This document shows, one piece after another, positions 13,040 to 26,660 of a stretch of 64,000 bases of DNA. How positions within the stretch are numbered: position 1 is the stretch's first letter; the number at the start of each line of letters is the position of its first letter. The notes beneath the pieces are model-generated. The model saw only the letters and a program-made list of their open reading frames with translations. It was not told where the DNA came from and made no database searches. Where the stretch lies: assembly GCF_026210795.1 (NCBI RefSeq), contig NC_089434.1:5270001-5334000 (forward strand). The letters are read 5' to 3'. The position numbers and the translations under genes were made by a program. Source of the stretch: Rhizophagus irregularis (lineage: Eukaryota).

Positions 13040-14651
13040 ATGCGTGGAAGAAGACCTTTCAAAATTAAGAAAATAAGCTTAAGACGCTTATCTACAACAA
13101 ATTTAACCTCTTACAACCATCATCAAACAAACTCAATGTCACCACATCGTCATCACCGTTATCGTTCAAGAAGGAACAAGTCTAGACGTTCTTCTTATTC
13201 TAATTATTCAGATAGTCGTTCACCAAGTCAACAAAGAGGACGTTCGACTACAAGACATAATAGGACTAATTATTCAGATAGTCGTTCACCAAGTCAACAA
13301 GGAGGGTGTTCAACTACAAGATATAATAGGAATGATGGTATGGTTATAATATAATAATTATGTTTTTTATTTTACATATTTTGAATATAATGTCATGATT
13401 TCAATTTACAGATATCGAAGCCCTAAGCAGAGCTATCACTGCACTTACGGAAGAAGTTCGGACCCTCAAGAAATCTCAAACAAGGAACGACCTACAAGCT
13501 GAATGGCCATCAACCCCTCAGACAACACCAGTTCCAAGGAGTAGACAAAATACATCACTCACGCCAGAACCAGAAACTGGATATCGTCGACGTGCTCGGG
13601 TTTTGCTTGAAGATATGGACGAAGATCAATATAAGTTGTTCCATGTGAGTATCAAGTAACTATTGGTTATTCAGCAAAATTTTTTAATCGATATTTTTTT
13701 ATAAAATTAAGGATGAGGTCGTGCAGATACTTAGCGGTCTCGATGATTCATTGCAATTGGATCATACCAAAAAATGGGTAGAAATTGCACCACACGTTTC
13801 AAAACACATCATGAAGGAGATCGCTAGAGTCTTGACCGGAAGGTTTCAATACAAAGATATAGAATTGAAATGGGTCTTACAGAATCTACACCGCCATCGT
13901 AGAGAAAGCTGGATGGTTAGCCTTGATCCGGATAAGACTAGATTTGAAAAGAAGAGAAAAGGAACGAATTCTCGAAGAAAAGATGTAAGTACTGAAGACA
14001 TCCGAAATATGAAATTAAAATCCTTGATCTTGTTCCTTTCTATCCTAATCACTAATATCTGATTGCAATAGAAAAAAGAGCGACGTCAGAAAGGCATCGA
14101 GCATATGTTCAATATTAATGATGCCTCGCTTAAAGAATTTCAACCGTCATCATTATCTTGGGAAGAATTCAAGGAAGACTGTGAAACCATATTTAATGAA
14201 GGAGGATTCCACAGTGATGAAGTTTCTGAAACTGATGAAGAGCTCACCAAAAAAGAAATCGAAGATCATGTTCGTCCTAAGCACAAGGGGGAACCAAAAC
14301 TTAGAGGATAAACATGTTCTTCATGTTTACGACAAGCCCCTGGAGGTCACGTCGTGTAAGTATCAAATAAAACAATTGTATAGTTATTGTATACATTTGC
14401 TTATTATCTCTTTTTCATTTTTATAGGGACGTAAATTACTTCGCTTGGCTGACCGAGTTGGTGAGAAAATAAGTCATGTAAAACTTTCACGACATCGTTG
14501 GTATGATGATAAAACGTGGATCGACGAGTCAAAACCGCCTGAAGGTGCCCCTGATTGGTCGATATCACAGTCGTACGGATCCGACGTACAACCACAAGAT
14601 GAGATCGATAATATCGATAATATTAATGATGAACCTAACGAACTTCGATGA
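13040..14651 (+). CDS. Second (accessory, TnpA-analogous) gene of the CACTA element, ~5 exons, Arg/Ser-rich N-terminus
   Basis: Predicted exons 13040(or 13136)-13337, 13412-13645, 13712-13984, 14072-~14355 and 14427-14651 joined by GT-AG introns. Contains a 22-aa duplication (NYSDSRSPSQQ.G.STTR.NR) and apparent frameshift(s) in exon 4. Lies inside the TIRs. Confidence 0.7.
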
Positions 14652-15663
14652 ACAGGTTTAATTAATGCATTAATGCAATGTTAGATTTAAAAGAGCACGT
14701 ATATTAATAATAATTTGTAGTTTATATTTTTATTACGCAAGAATGATTTGTAGTTTATTTCTATATAACAACGATTAAATATAGCAAGCAAATGTATTAC
14801 TGTAAAATTGATTAGTATATTGCTATATAATATATTGCAACGAATAGTAATAAATTGATTAAAACAATTTGAAATATCGTGATTTCAATTACTGCCCGGC
14901 GTGTATTGTATCGTTTAACGATACTTTATGATAACCCAAATAAATACTTAAATATTATATAAATATAAGTAAAATATCAGAAATCCGATATTAACATAAT
15001 ATTTATCCGATTTGCACCTTATAGTTTATTAAAACTTCAAAAGATTCAGTTATTAATTTGGTAAATATTGGGCGTTTATTTGTAAAATAACAGAAACCCG
15101 ATTCTTCACCAATAGAAATCCAATACTTATGAAGTATTTATGCCCGGTTGTATCCAGAAATGCAACAAGAACCTGAGCCCAATCGGGAATAAGTATCGGG
15201 ATTGTATAATATATATATCTGTGAAGAATTAGTGAAGAATCGGGTACCTGAATTTTCTCTGATATGTTGTCATTCGACCAGTGTTATTCTGGCTGAAATT
15301 GGAATATTAATCACATAATTTTCTTATATACTGAACTTTTTCTGAAAAAACTTAAGGGTTTGGTATATAAAAAAATTTTTCTTTACTAAATTCTACTATA
15401 TACTAAACTTTCACCCTCAAACTATGGGTTTGGTATATTGAAATTTGACTGTAAAATAAAGTTATTAAGTAAAACAAAAAATATTTTATTTTTGTATTGC
15501 CAAACTTTTCTACTATAACATTTTTTATAAGTTTCCATTTTATTTTACAGTGACTTACAAAAGTAACTGACTATGTATTATTTAAATTATTAATTATTTG
15601 AATTTTAAAACAATTTAAATCCAATTAAAACAAAAAATTTAAAATATAAATAATATATAATAT

Positions 15664-16066
15664 TAGAGTTACAATCTGGATGATTAACAGATCGTCACAT
15701 TTTAATAATTATATGCGCAATCAATCAAATAAAGGAATAATTTTTTTTGAGATATTTTGTAAGTATATTTTAATATAAACTTAAATATCTCCTTCAGAAA
15801 TAAAAAAAAAGAGATAAATTAGAAAATTCATCAAAAATCAGAAATATTCATCTGTATAGATAATAAAATTTAATCTGTCTGAATTATATTTCATTTTTAA
15901 TATTTAGTCAATAGAATAATTCATTTTTTTGGGTCGTCCTATAATGTTAGATGTAAACCTTAATAGCCAATACATAATTTAGAAAATGTAGGCATTGTTT
16001 TTCAAAAATAGATGAGAAATATTTGAACAATTTGTTCATCCATTAATCATCCAGATCGTAATACTA
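15664..16066. mobile_element. Non-autonomous hAT-type MITE, 403 bp
   Basis: TIRs TAGAGTTACAATCTGGATGATTAA / TTAATCATCCAGATCGTAATACTA; perfect 8-bp TSD TATAATAT at 15656-15663 and 16067-16074. Confidence 0.8.
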
Positions 16067-16336
16067 TATAATATGATCTATTAAAAATATAAATTTTAAT
16101 AATTAGTTTTTTTTAATTATATAATATTTTAAGCAAAAAAATCTGGTCAGTTTCTTTTATCACCTTTTAATATTTTTAAAAAATCAAAATTTTCATAAAA
16201 TTATATTATGATTTTATAAAAAAAAATGTAAAATTAATAATTAAATAGCTTAAATTATTAATTAAAACAAAAAAATTCAATATTCTTTAGAATAAATTAA
16301 TTTATTCTTTTAATGAATATATTTAAAATTATTATA

Positions 16337-17663
16337 CACTGGCCTACAAAAAGTATTCAGATTTTTTTTTTATTTATAAAATTTATATGTAAAATTTATA
16401 ATTTTATGTACATATAAAAAATTTTTTCGTACTTATTAATTGACAAATAAATTTTATTATATTAAAATATAAAATATAAAGTTATTATACGAAAAATATT
16501 ATAGCTAAAAAATTAATATTTAATATGGCCACCTTTGGCCTTAATTACTGCTTTAACCCGATTAGGCATACTTAAAATTAGGTTATGGCATGTTTCAATA
16601 GTGATTTTTCGCCATTCCTCTTGTACTGCCCAATTAACTTCTGTTTAGACTTAAACAAAGGCTTTCTTTTACGAACCTGATAATCCAAATAGTTCCACAG
16701 GTTTTCGATCGGGTTTAGATCAGGGCTCTGTGCCACCCAGTCTAAAATCGGAATACTATGCGTTCTCATCCACCAAACACTGTAAGTTGAAGTATGACAA
16801 AATGCTCCATCTTGTTGAAAAATGGAGTTAGGTAATTGTCAACCCATGGGATAAAATGGTTAGCCAGAATATTAACGTATTCATCAGAATCCATATTTCC
16901 CTCCACTACAACCAAAGGACCAACTCCATGCCAACCAAAACACCTCCAAAACATTACTGATCCTCCCCCAAACTTAACTGTAGGTTGAATACAATCTTTA
17001 TTGTATGTTTCTCCAGGACTTCTCCATACTCTTGCTCGACCATCTGATTGAAAAAGAGCAAATCTTGACTCATCTGACCATACCACTTGTTTCCACTCCT
17101 CTATCCAATTTTTTTTCTTTACACCATCTCAAACGGTCAGTTCGATGTTTTGCAGTCAAATGAAGTTTTTTTTGGACAGTATAACTTCCAAGACCTTCAC
17201 TATGAAGGTAACTTCTGACTGTATTATGGTGTAAAGTTGCGTCAAGACTGGTATTTAGCCTGTTTGTCACATCACCTAGAGGAGAAAACCGGTCAGTTCA
17301 GATGATACATTTTAAAGCTCGGGTATCACGTTCAGTGAGAACTTTTGGTCTTCCAGAACGTTTCTTAGGTTCTGTAGAACCTGTTTCTTTATACTTTTTT
17401 ATAATATCATTTACAGTACTGGTCGGAATACCAAACTGAGTAGAAATAACTCTTTGCCTGATACCACTAAGATATGCGCCAATAATTCGTTCCCAGTGGG
17501 TCTTTGAAACTTCTTTTCCACGCATTTAAAACTAGAAGAGGAGTGAAAAATAAATATTTTGTTATCTCCTTTATTTATATGTGCGATAGGGAGAAATCGC
17601 CGATTGTAACACAGATGCGCAAAATCACGTGATGAAAATCCGAATACTTTTTGTAGGCCAGTG
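16337..17663 (-). mobile_element. Tc1 (DD34E) DNA transposon, full length 1327 bp
   Basis: 29-bp TIRs CACTGGCCTACAAAAAGTATTC(A/G)GATTTT with 1 mismatch; TA TSD at 16335-16336 and 17664-17665. Confidence 0.95.
16513..17525 (-). pseudogene. Tc1 transposase, disrupted
   Basis: HTH plus RSGRPK linker, VWSDESRF, FQQDGA..H, SPDLNPIENLW with 34 residues between the second D and the E. In-frame TGA at ~17298 and several 1-bp frameshifts. Confidence 0.92.
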
Positions 17664-19035
17664 TATAATATATAGATTTACAATTTTTTTATAGTTTTTT
17701 TTTTAAATAACATTACATCAAATAATTTTATAATTCTTCTAGTTAAAAGGAATTTTCTGAAAAAAAAAAAGCCAACAGACTCTAATGATCTTCATTTTGT
17801 CATATAATGTAAATCAATTTTTATATATATTAATTATGTCGATCACTTTGATCACATAACTTTGTTAAGATTTTCCATTTTTAAAAAATCTTGGCGTGAG
17901 ACCTTATGCACTTAATGTACTATAAGAAACCTTATACTACGACTATTTTTGACTGCTCTACAATTTTCTTAATATATCAAAAAGGATTTAGAATGTCATT
18001 TTTTACTTTTATTTGTAACATATTATAGGGGTACGACATAACGCAGGTGCGTTAAAAAGCAAAACCCTATTATTTAATCTATTTGATTTCTAAAATAATA
18101 TGACTTCTTGTATAATTCTATTGCTTTCTCATGAAATAGATAAACATGTATTGAAAGAATACAGCAGATTACAAAGTATTATTAAAATTTAATTATTCAT
18201 CTTTAGATCATACTTAGAAAATATGAAAAATGGAAATGAATTTTTTCTTCTAAATTGTGTGTACCCAATTTTTCTCTAATTCTAACATATCATATGCTTT
18301 CATCGTTCAAGTTGGGAAGTAACTCATGTACACATTTTGAATGTTTCAAATGACTGATATTATTCTATTTGATTGAACGTATCAAAATTAGATTTTCATT
18401 ATTTAGAGAGTTACTTATATAAGAAGTTTATAACCATAAATGTTACCATGACGATCTCTATATTTAACCTTTTATGCCATTGAACTAGTGAGACGTTTCA
18501 TTGTTTGTTGGCGTATGCATGCAGCTATCGGTTGTGCCCACTTTTTAAAAGTATTACTATCATTTTCCTGATAATCTCATTCTGTTGCATATTTTTCTTT
18601 TTTTATAGAACGATTGAACTTCTTCTGAATTAATATTTGCACTAGAATTGGTATTTACAAAATTTGAAACTGAGCTGTAAAACTTAAATCTAATTTTTCA
18701 ACTCGGTATAAAAAATTTTACACGTATAAATTGAAGATAACGTGTGAATTTTTACATGATAAATTGGTTACATAAATAATGCTTGATTTTAAACCCTGCA
18801 CAAAATTTTTTTATTGTTGAACATATACATCTGCATTATGCATATCAAGTACAAACTTTATTAATTTTACTGTTTTTGTCCAAAAAATAAGTTCTTTTAT
18901 CGTTAAATGCATATTTTATTATGCTTGATATAAATGGTAATATTTAAATTCGTCATTTTTTTTTTTATAAAGGGCGCAACAAAAAAAAAAAAAAAAAATC
19001 GTAAATTTTTATAAATAAAAATTTATTCTCGTAAT

Positions 19036-22000
19036 ATGAGTAGCGAAAAAATTGAAACTCAGAATAATGATACTACATCAATAGAAATTTTAGATGATAA
19101 GGATGATATAAGAGAACTTAAGGGTAATATGCAAGAACTTGAGGATGAAATTGAAAACCACGAGAAATCAATTTACCGTATTTTAAAAGAAATTCCGGAG
19201 AAAGATGATCTTTGGAATGAAATTGAATACCACAAGAAATCAATTTACCGTATTTTCGTTCCTCAATATATGAATGATACTAGTTCAAATGATGATTATG
19301 TTGTTACTTATAGTTATGACCATGATTCATTCCTTGGATGGCCAATTAACATTGATGAAAAGAATAAACTGAATGAACTGCAACCTGATGTTTATGTTAA
19401 ACTTGTCCCACTCAACAATCTCTTACCATATTTAGACGATTTTGTACTATTAAGTAAAAAAATCATGTCACTTTATTTATATCGTAAACATTGTAAGTAT
19501 TTTATTTTTGATTCAAAAAATAAGTAAATTAATTTTATGATTTAATTAATAATAATTTATGTTGCAATTTTTAGGGCTTATTGATTTTAATAATGATCGT
19601 ACTGGTGATACCGGATTTCTTGAACTAGAAAATACTGTTAATTGTGTAGATTCAGATAATGGACATGATGGACGTGACACTATTGGATTTCTTCCTAATG
19701 GAGATTTAATTCAAGTATCGCTAATTAATAAAAAAATTTACAAGTACTGTTTAGAAAATAAACCAAAAAATAAAGGTTCTTGGAAATGTTCTCAAATTTA
19801 TGATCTAAAAATTCCCAAAAGTTTACGTGGTCAATATACTACCTTACGTAGTTCTATATGTCAAGAAAAGTTATTTCTAATTGTTAATGATCATAAAACA
19901 TTAATAATTCAAATTGATTTATCGAATATGACTTTTGAAAGACAATACATTTCAGAGGGATTCATACTTGATGTTTTTCTATGTAACTCAGATGGGGCTT
20001 CTTTTTATCGTAAACCAATAATAATGAATAAAAATCAAACGTTATTTGCGATAGCTGATGATTATACTTACATATTTTCAATGGAAAATGGAATGTTGAT
20101 TTTAAAATATAATTGTTAGTATTAATACATATACTATATTATTTTAATATTTTTTAATTTTTATATATTCTAATTATAATTTATTTTCGTAGATGGTGAA
20201 GAGAATTCTCCAGTTGAATTTATATCTTTGGAAGATAATTCCGAAAGATTAGTCATTAATCAACATTTCTCACTCGAACATAAACTTTTAGATCCTTATC
20301 AACCTTATTATGAAATTGATATTTCCCAAGATTTTAATAAAAAAAGTGTGATAACTAAATCAAACAAAAAAATTTGCATTGACAAAAATGGTAACGTTTG
20401 TATTAAAAATGGGTTAGAATTGAAACAATTAACAAACAAGAACATCTATAGGAATAGTATTTACTATACTTTATTTACTTTTAAGGTTATACAAAATATG
20501 CTTGACGATATCATCAAACAAGTGGAGATTAAAAAGGTTGCATCATCTAAAGAGTTTGTGTTAAAACATAACTTTAAAATTAATAATGAAGGTCTTTGTC
20601 AACTTTATCTTCGTAATAATTTTAATTCTGTTACTGATAATGTAATACCGAATATTGATTATTATAATGATGAGATTACACTTAGAAAATCAACTGGTAA
20701 AGAAATAAAGTATATTAAAGTTCCTCATATACTTTCATATGAACTATTAAACGACCAGAATTTGGTATTAATTAATATGAGAGGAATTGATATTTATTCA
20801 ATAAATGAGTTTGGGCTTAAACATCAATATTTTTGGCATAATGATGAATGGGATCGTATTTATAAAAAATTCATTAAAGATCATGGAAATAAATTTAATG
20901 CAAGTTTTATTGATAAATATTACAAGCCACTTTTTATAAATGTTTATAATAGTGAATTTAATGATTCAAAATATTTAATACCATTATCAAGATTAAACTG
21001 TAATGATGCGAAGGAAATAATCGAAGATTTTATAAATGATACAGTAGCATTATCAAGATTTGGATTAGAAATGTTGAAAATGGCAATTAGTGACAAAATT
21101 GATTATCAACTGATAAAACAATTAGCTACAGGTATTATAGATAATGAAATGGCAATTTCAAAATTTGGAACAGAAATTTTAAATATAGCATTTAAAGAAA
21201 ATTATCACGATGTTGTTTATCAAACCATTGATAAAATTATCAAATCAACTCAAGATTATTCCGAAACTTACATGACTTTTATTAGTTTATTCTTAAAAAA
21301 TTTATGTGAATATTACCCTGATTCCATAGTCAAATACATTTTAAGTACTTCTATTATATTATCTCCTTATTGCAATAAAATTAAAAATTCAAAAAATACA
21401 TCACTTTATTCATATTCAAAAAATATTTACGTTAAGGAATCAAATATGGATAATAATTATTTTAAGATTATATTATCATTTTTAAAAGAATTATGGATAC
21501 GGGAAGAAACACAAACAGTTAGTTTTATAGTTCCTTTTCCTCGTATTTGTGAATATAACGATAATCCTTGGAATAAATTTATATATGAACCGAAATCTAT
21601 TCTCTTTTGTAATATAGATGGTGATCATCTTTATAATTGGTGGAATTTTGCCGCAATTGTTGATTATAAGTGGAAAACTTTTGGATGGATTTATTATTAT
21701 TTGAATTGGTTCTTTTATACAATTTTTTACATTTGTTATTCATTAGCTTCTGCATTAGATCAAAATTCTATCCCTGATTCTTATTTTAAATTACTTTTTA
21801 TAATTTCCATTGTACTTGGTTCAATATTTTTAATTTTTGAAATTCGTCAATTTTTATGGAACACAAAACTTTATGTTAATGATGTATGGAATTTATTTGG
21901 TAAGTAATACTAATATTTATTTTAATTGCTTTATATTAAGAAAAATATATGATATATATATATATATATAACCTGATTTAATTTTTACTAATAGATATAG

Positions 22001-24018
22001 GGTCATATCTTTTACCAATTATAACCGCAATTTTATGGTTTATTAATAAAAGCCTACCTTCTTGGCTTACAGCAATATCTATTATATTAATAAGTTTTAA
22101 ATTTTTATTATTTTTCAGAGTAATTAAATCATTTGGAATTTATTTTGCCATAATAATTGGTGTTGCAAAAAAAGTTTTTCCATTCTTGATGCTCTTATTT
22201 TTTATTATACTTGGTTATGCTCAAGCATTTTTCATTATTCTAAAATCAACCAATGAAAATGATGATAATGATCCACAAAACCTAGCAACTAAATACGATT
22301 TTATTAATTCGGATGGAACTATTAATAATACAACAAAATTAATTCAAGAAACTGATTCAAATACGAATTTATTTAATTGGTTTCCAACTTCTCTTTTAGC
22401 CGTGTATAAAATCCTTACCGGTAATAATTTACTTTATTTATAAACCATTTTTTTTTTAAAAAAAAAAAAATACTAAATAATTTCTAATACAATTAATTAT
22501 AGGTGATTCTGGGTCTTTAGCATCATGGACTTATCGTGATCATCACACAATGACAGTTTTATTAGTTACCTTTACATTTTTCACAGTAATTTATCTTTTG
22601 AATTTATTTATTGGATTGCTCAATATAGCTATTGAAAAATATAATAAAGAAGAAGAATTTTTACTTCAAAAAGCAAAGGTAAATTTTTTTTTTGTTTCAG
22701 TCATATCTGGTAATTATATTAAATCTTTTCGTTAACTAACATTTATTTTATTTTATTTTTTTTTTTAAGATTATTATGGAAATTGAATTATTTTATATGT
22801 TTCCATGTTGGAGAAGCGATAAAAAATGGTTTCCAGATTGGATGTAAATGTTAATTTATTTATATTATAATTTCTCAGTTTTTGTATATATATTTTTATT
22901 AATATATTTTATTTAAATATTTTAGTTATTATGATGTACCTGTTACAAAAGTTCGTAAATTAATTAATGCAATTAATAATGATAAAGCTGTATTTGATTA
23001 TCCACCATTTATCAGTAAGAAATTGGAAGAGTTGGTAGTACTTACTAATGATAATAAAAAACAAAATAACGAAGAACATGATGATGAAGGAAACAAAAAT
23101 AATAAACTAGTGGAACAAAAAGAACCTACAAAAGAAGAGCTTATACAACAAAATAATCTACTTAAAAAACAAATAACTGATATTAACGATCTTGTTACTG
23201 AAGTTCGTAAATTAATTAATGCAATTGATAATAATAAAAAGCAAAGTAATGAAAAACATGTTAATAAAGAAAAACAATATAATAAACCAGAGAAGCAAAT
23301 AGAACAAACAAATGAAGACCTTACACAACAAAATAATGTACCTAATCAACAAACAGATGACCTCGATCCTTTTAGTACAGATGAATTCAATCCTTTTAAT
23401 TTAATTAAAAAGATTGAGGGTAAACAGTCTCTTCCTCCAACTATCATCGATAGTGTGAAAAAGTTAGCAGTAGAAGAACAAAATAAAAGATTATCAGAGA
23501 AGCAAATAGAACAAACAAATGAAGACCTTATACAACAAAATAATAAAGACCTTACACAACAAAATAATGTACCTAATCAACAAACAGATGACTTTGATCC
23601 TTTTAGTACAGATGAATTCAATCCTTTTAATTTAATTAAAAAGATTGAGGGTCAACAGTCTCTTCCTCCAACTATCATCGATAGTTTGAAAAAGTTAGCA
23701 GTAGAAGAACAAAATAAAAGATTATCAGAGAAGCAAATAGAACAAACAAAAGAAGACCTTACACAACAAAATAATGAAGATCTTATACAACAAAATAATG
23801 AAGACCTTATACAACAAAATAATGAAGACCTTATACAACAAAATAATGTACCTAATCAACAAACAGATGACTTCGATCCTTTTAGTACAGATGAATTCAA
23901 TCCTTTTAATTTAACTAAAAAGATTGAGAGTGAACAGTCTCTTTTTCCAACTATCATCGATAGTGTGAAAAAGTTAGCAATAGAAGAACAAAATAAAAGA
24001 TTGAAGGAGAAAAAGTAA
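19036..24018 (+). CDS. TRP-like cation channel, 7 exons, ~1490 aa, intact reading frame
   Basis: Exons 19036-19492, 19575-20114, 20193-21899, 21995-22420, 22503-22678, 22770-22843 and 22926-24018 splice in frame (4473 nt). Motifs AIVDYKWKTF, FEIRQF, VWNLFD, FLLFFR..FG.Y, FFTVIYLLNLFIGLLNIAI and QKAKIIMEIE match the 6TM Ion_trans/TRP-box region. Confidence 0.9.
23288..24000 (+). repeat. Coding tandem repeat: three 207-bp (69-aa) units containing 1, 2 and 4 nested 24-bp units
   Basis: Units start at 23288, 23495 and 23726. Each contains TDD(L/F)DPFSTDEFNPFNL; the nested unit is (N)EDL(I/T)QQN. Confidence 0.92.
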
Positions 24019-24849
24019 AGTATTAAGGAATTAAAAACAATAGTATTAATGATTAAATTGATAAAAAAATTACTGTTTCTTCAAAGGATTTTATTTAATT
24101 AACATGCCAATTAAAAATAAAGATAAAAAACAAAAATTACAAGACTCTTAATTTATCTCTGTAAGCATCATGTAAATGATTATTGATTTTTTTGACATTT
24201 TAGTTACATCGCTACAATGATAATTTTTAGATATTTATAAAAAAATTTAAGACATATTGTACTAAAGTATACAAAATAATAATACTATATAACTAAAATA
24301 ATATATATTAGTATTTTTATGTATATTATTTTATGCTGTAATTATACGATACAATGCAAGCCCTATGAAAAATTTTCATTGAAATTTATCCAATATATAA
24401 TTAACACAAATTTATATAATATTCATTTTCAAATTTAGCCCATTTGGAACATTTTTTACATGTATAAAGTTGTACAAAAATTAAACAGTTTGTACATCAG
24501 GAAATTTAAAGATCGATAAAATTATATAAATTTATAACTTTTATATAAAGTTAAATAATTTTTTATATAAAATTTATATATTTATAAAAATATATAAATA
24601 ATAATATTTTTTAATATAAAAGTTACTTATTTTTTTACGTAAAATTGCATATTTATAAATCTATATATAGATTATAATAATTCATAATTTTATTTTAAAG
24701 AATAAGTAGAAAATTACATAATTTTACATAAAAATGTATGTATAAAATTTTGTAAAAATGAGTATAATTTTTAAAATTTTTACACAATATTTTGCATATT
24801 TTTAGCTACTAGTTATTAATTTATAAAATTATGAACAATATGTACAGTT

Positions 24850-26200
24850 CTATCAATACTTCAATTGGTACAATATAAAATTCATTTACAAAAAGTCAGG
24901 AAATTTTTTTTCTATCATATTTACAGGAAAAATTACTCAATTGTATGGATCATCAGTTCCCGTTCCAAAGATCTGCTCCTTCATAATCGTGTTACCAAAA
25001 CATGTTTTAAATTCTCATACAAAAAATACAGATTTTTTTTAGCCTTTATGTTCCATATGAATATAGACATACAAACAATACTCTTTGTAGTCTCCCTAGC
25101 TCCATCATTATATTCCGCAATAATGTAGATCAATCTAGAAAAGGTTACAAAAATACAGTATGTTAAATACCATTCCAACGATTCATCATCTGAATATAAA
25201 CCAATCAAACCTCACTGACCAAAAAATGCAGTTATCAACATATACAAAAAATGGAGTAATAACGAAATTAAACAGGTTTACAGCCACCAACAGGATATTA
25301 CTTACACAACTTCTTATCATCATTATCAGTTTCCAAAATCACATCGATCGGTATCAAGCAACATACTTATGTTAAGGTTTTCAGCTCTTGGTCTATCAAT
25401 AAAGCACTACGAAAACTTTATGTAACAAATCACTGATGTTTACACGTTCAATTCTTACCTACACAATCAACCAATTCAAAAGATCTTTGACATTTTTCTT
25501 TAAAAACCCAACAATTCAACCGAAGACGTCACAAGTGAGCGGAAAACCAAACTTCACTCATACTGCATCAAAAGCGCCAATCACATTTTACCATGTGGCA
25601 ACTGGCAACATCACTCTTAATAAGATCCGTTCAAATAGACGGGTAAAATCCTAAATGGTAATTAGTGTTATTCATGTCGTGACATTTCAGACACGAAACA
25701 TTTGGTAAATTATATAGTTCGGGTAGTATTTAACATTATCTCTGAACACAAACCTATACTCAAACAGCTGATCTTGGAACACACAGAATACTATGACATA
25801 TTTCTTAGATGATGATTTAGCAATGCTTCCTCTCTTCGTACCTAACATTGATGAGAAACACGAATTTATTTGCTCATATACCAATTTATTCCCAGTGCTT
25901 ACTAATCTACTCTATTGATATCTATACAAACACGCACTGGTGCAGCGTGTCATTTTATTATTCCTATACAACATTATGCCCGCCTTGATAATATGGAAAG
26001 ATTACATTGACAAACTCAAGCAATGGGAACGACAACATGGTATTACCATTCGTTGCAAGAAGCTCTATTACAAAAAATGACGTCATCGCCTTCTAATGAC
26101 ACTGTAATGCCAGAATTTACCTAGTGAATTATTAAGTGTAGGGTTTATTTTTTTAATTTTGTTTACTGCGTCCACAATGATGTTAACGAAATTTATTAAG
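24850..26200 (+). mobile_element. Decayed non-LTR retrotransposon (LINE) ORF2 C-terminal remnant
   Basis: Fragments TSERKTKLHSYCIKSANHILPCG and IWKDYIDKLKQWERQHGITIRCKK resemble the post-RNase H region of fungal LINE ORF2s. Many stops. Confidence 0.5.
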
Positions 26201-26229
26201 ATGATATTTTAATCGTTTATTGTTTGTGT

Positions 26230-26660
26230 ATTTGTTTATTTATTTTTTTTATCGGTAAACGCATTTTTTATTTCTGTAAGTGTAGAAGAACAAGTTCCAT
26301 GTTAAATACAATAAAATACATTGAAATTTAGTCAATGCTAAACGTATTCCTAAATCTCTCCATACTGAAATCTCCGTATAATAAAATGAAGTAAAGACTA
26401 ATGAGCTGAAGAAAAAACAAAACAATAAATTATACAAGAGAAATAAAAAATCTACGAGACTACAGATTCACGATCGCTAAAAAACCCAAAGATATCTATA
26501 GCCCCCAAACCACTACAACTAACTATGAATGAACCAGGCTAAATCGCATCTTACACACTATAAGAACAACACATCATCCCTCTCCAGAATCTCCTTTGAT
26601 GCCCAGAACCTTCACACCTCAAGGCATTGAAGACAACATGTACTCTGTTTAGTAATTCAC
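26230..26660 (-). mobile_element. Possible 5'-truncated LINE 3' end with A-rich tail
   Basis: On the minus strand, a G/T-rich segment and T-rich UTR end in AAAAAAAATAAATAAAC at ~26250-26232. No TSD found. Confidence 0.3.

Larger units (their letters stand above)
8827..15283. mobile_element. Full-length CACTA/EnSpm-superfamily DNA transposon with CACTG termini, 6457 bp
   Basis: Left TIR CACTGGTCAAATGA (8827-8840) and right TIR TCATTCGACCAGTG (15270-15283) match at 13/14. 3-bp TSD TTA at 8824-8826 and 15284-15286. Subterminal GAAGAATCGG motifs at both ends. Encodes a Tnp2-type transposase. Confidence 0.93.
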
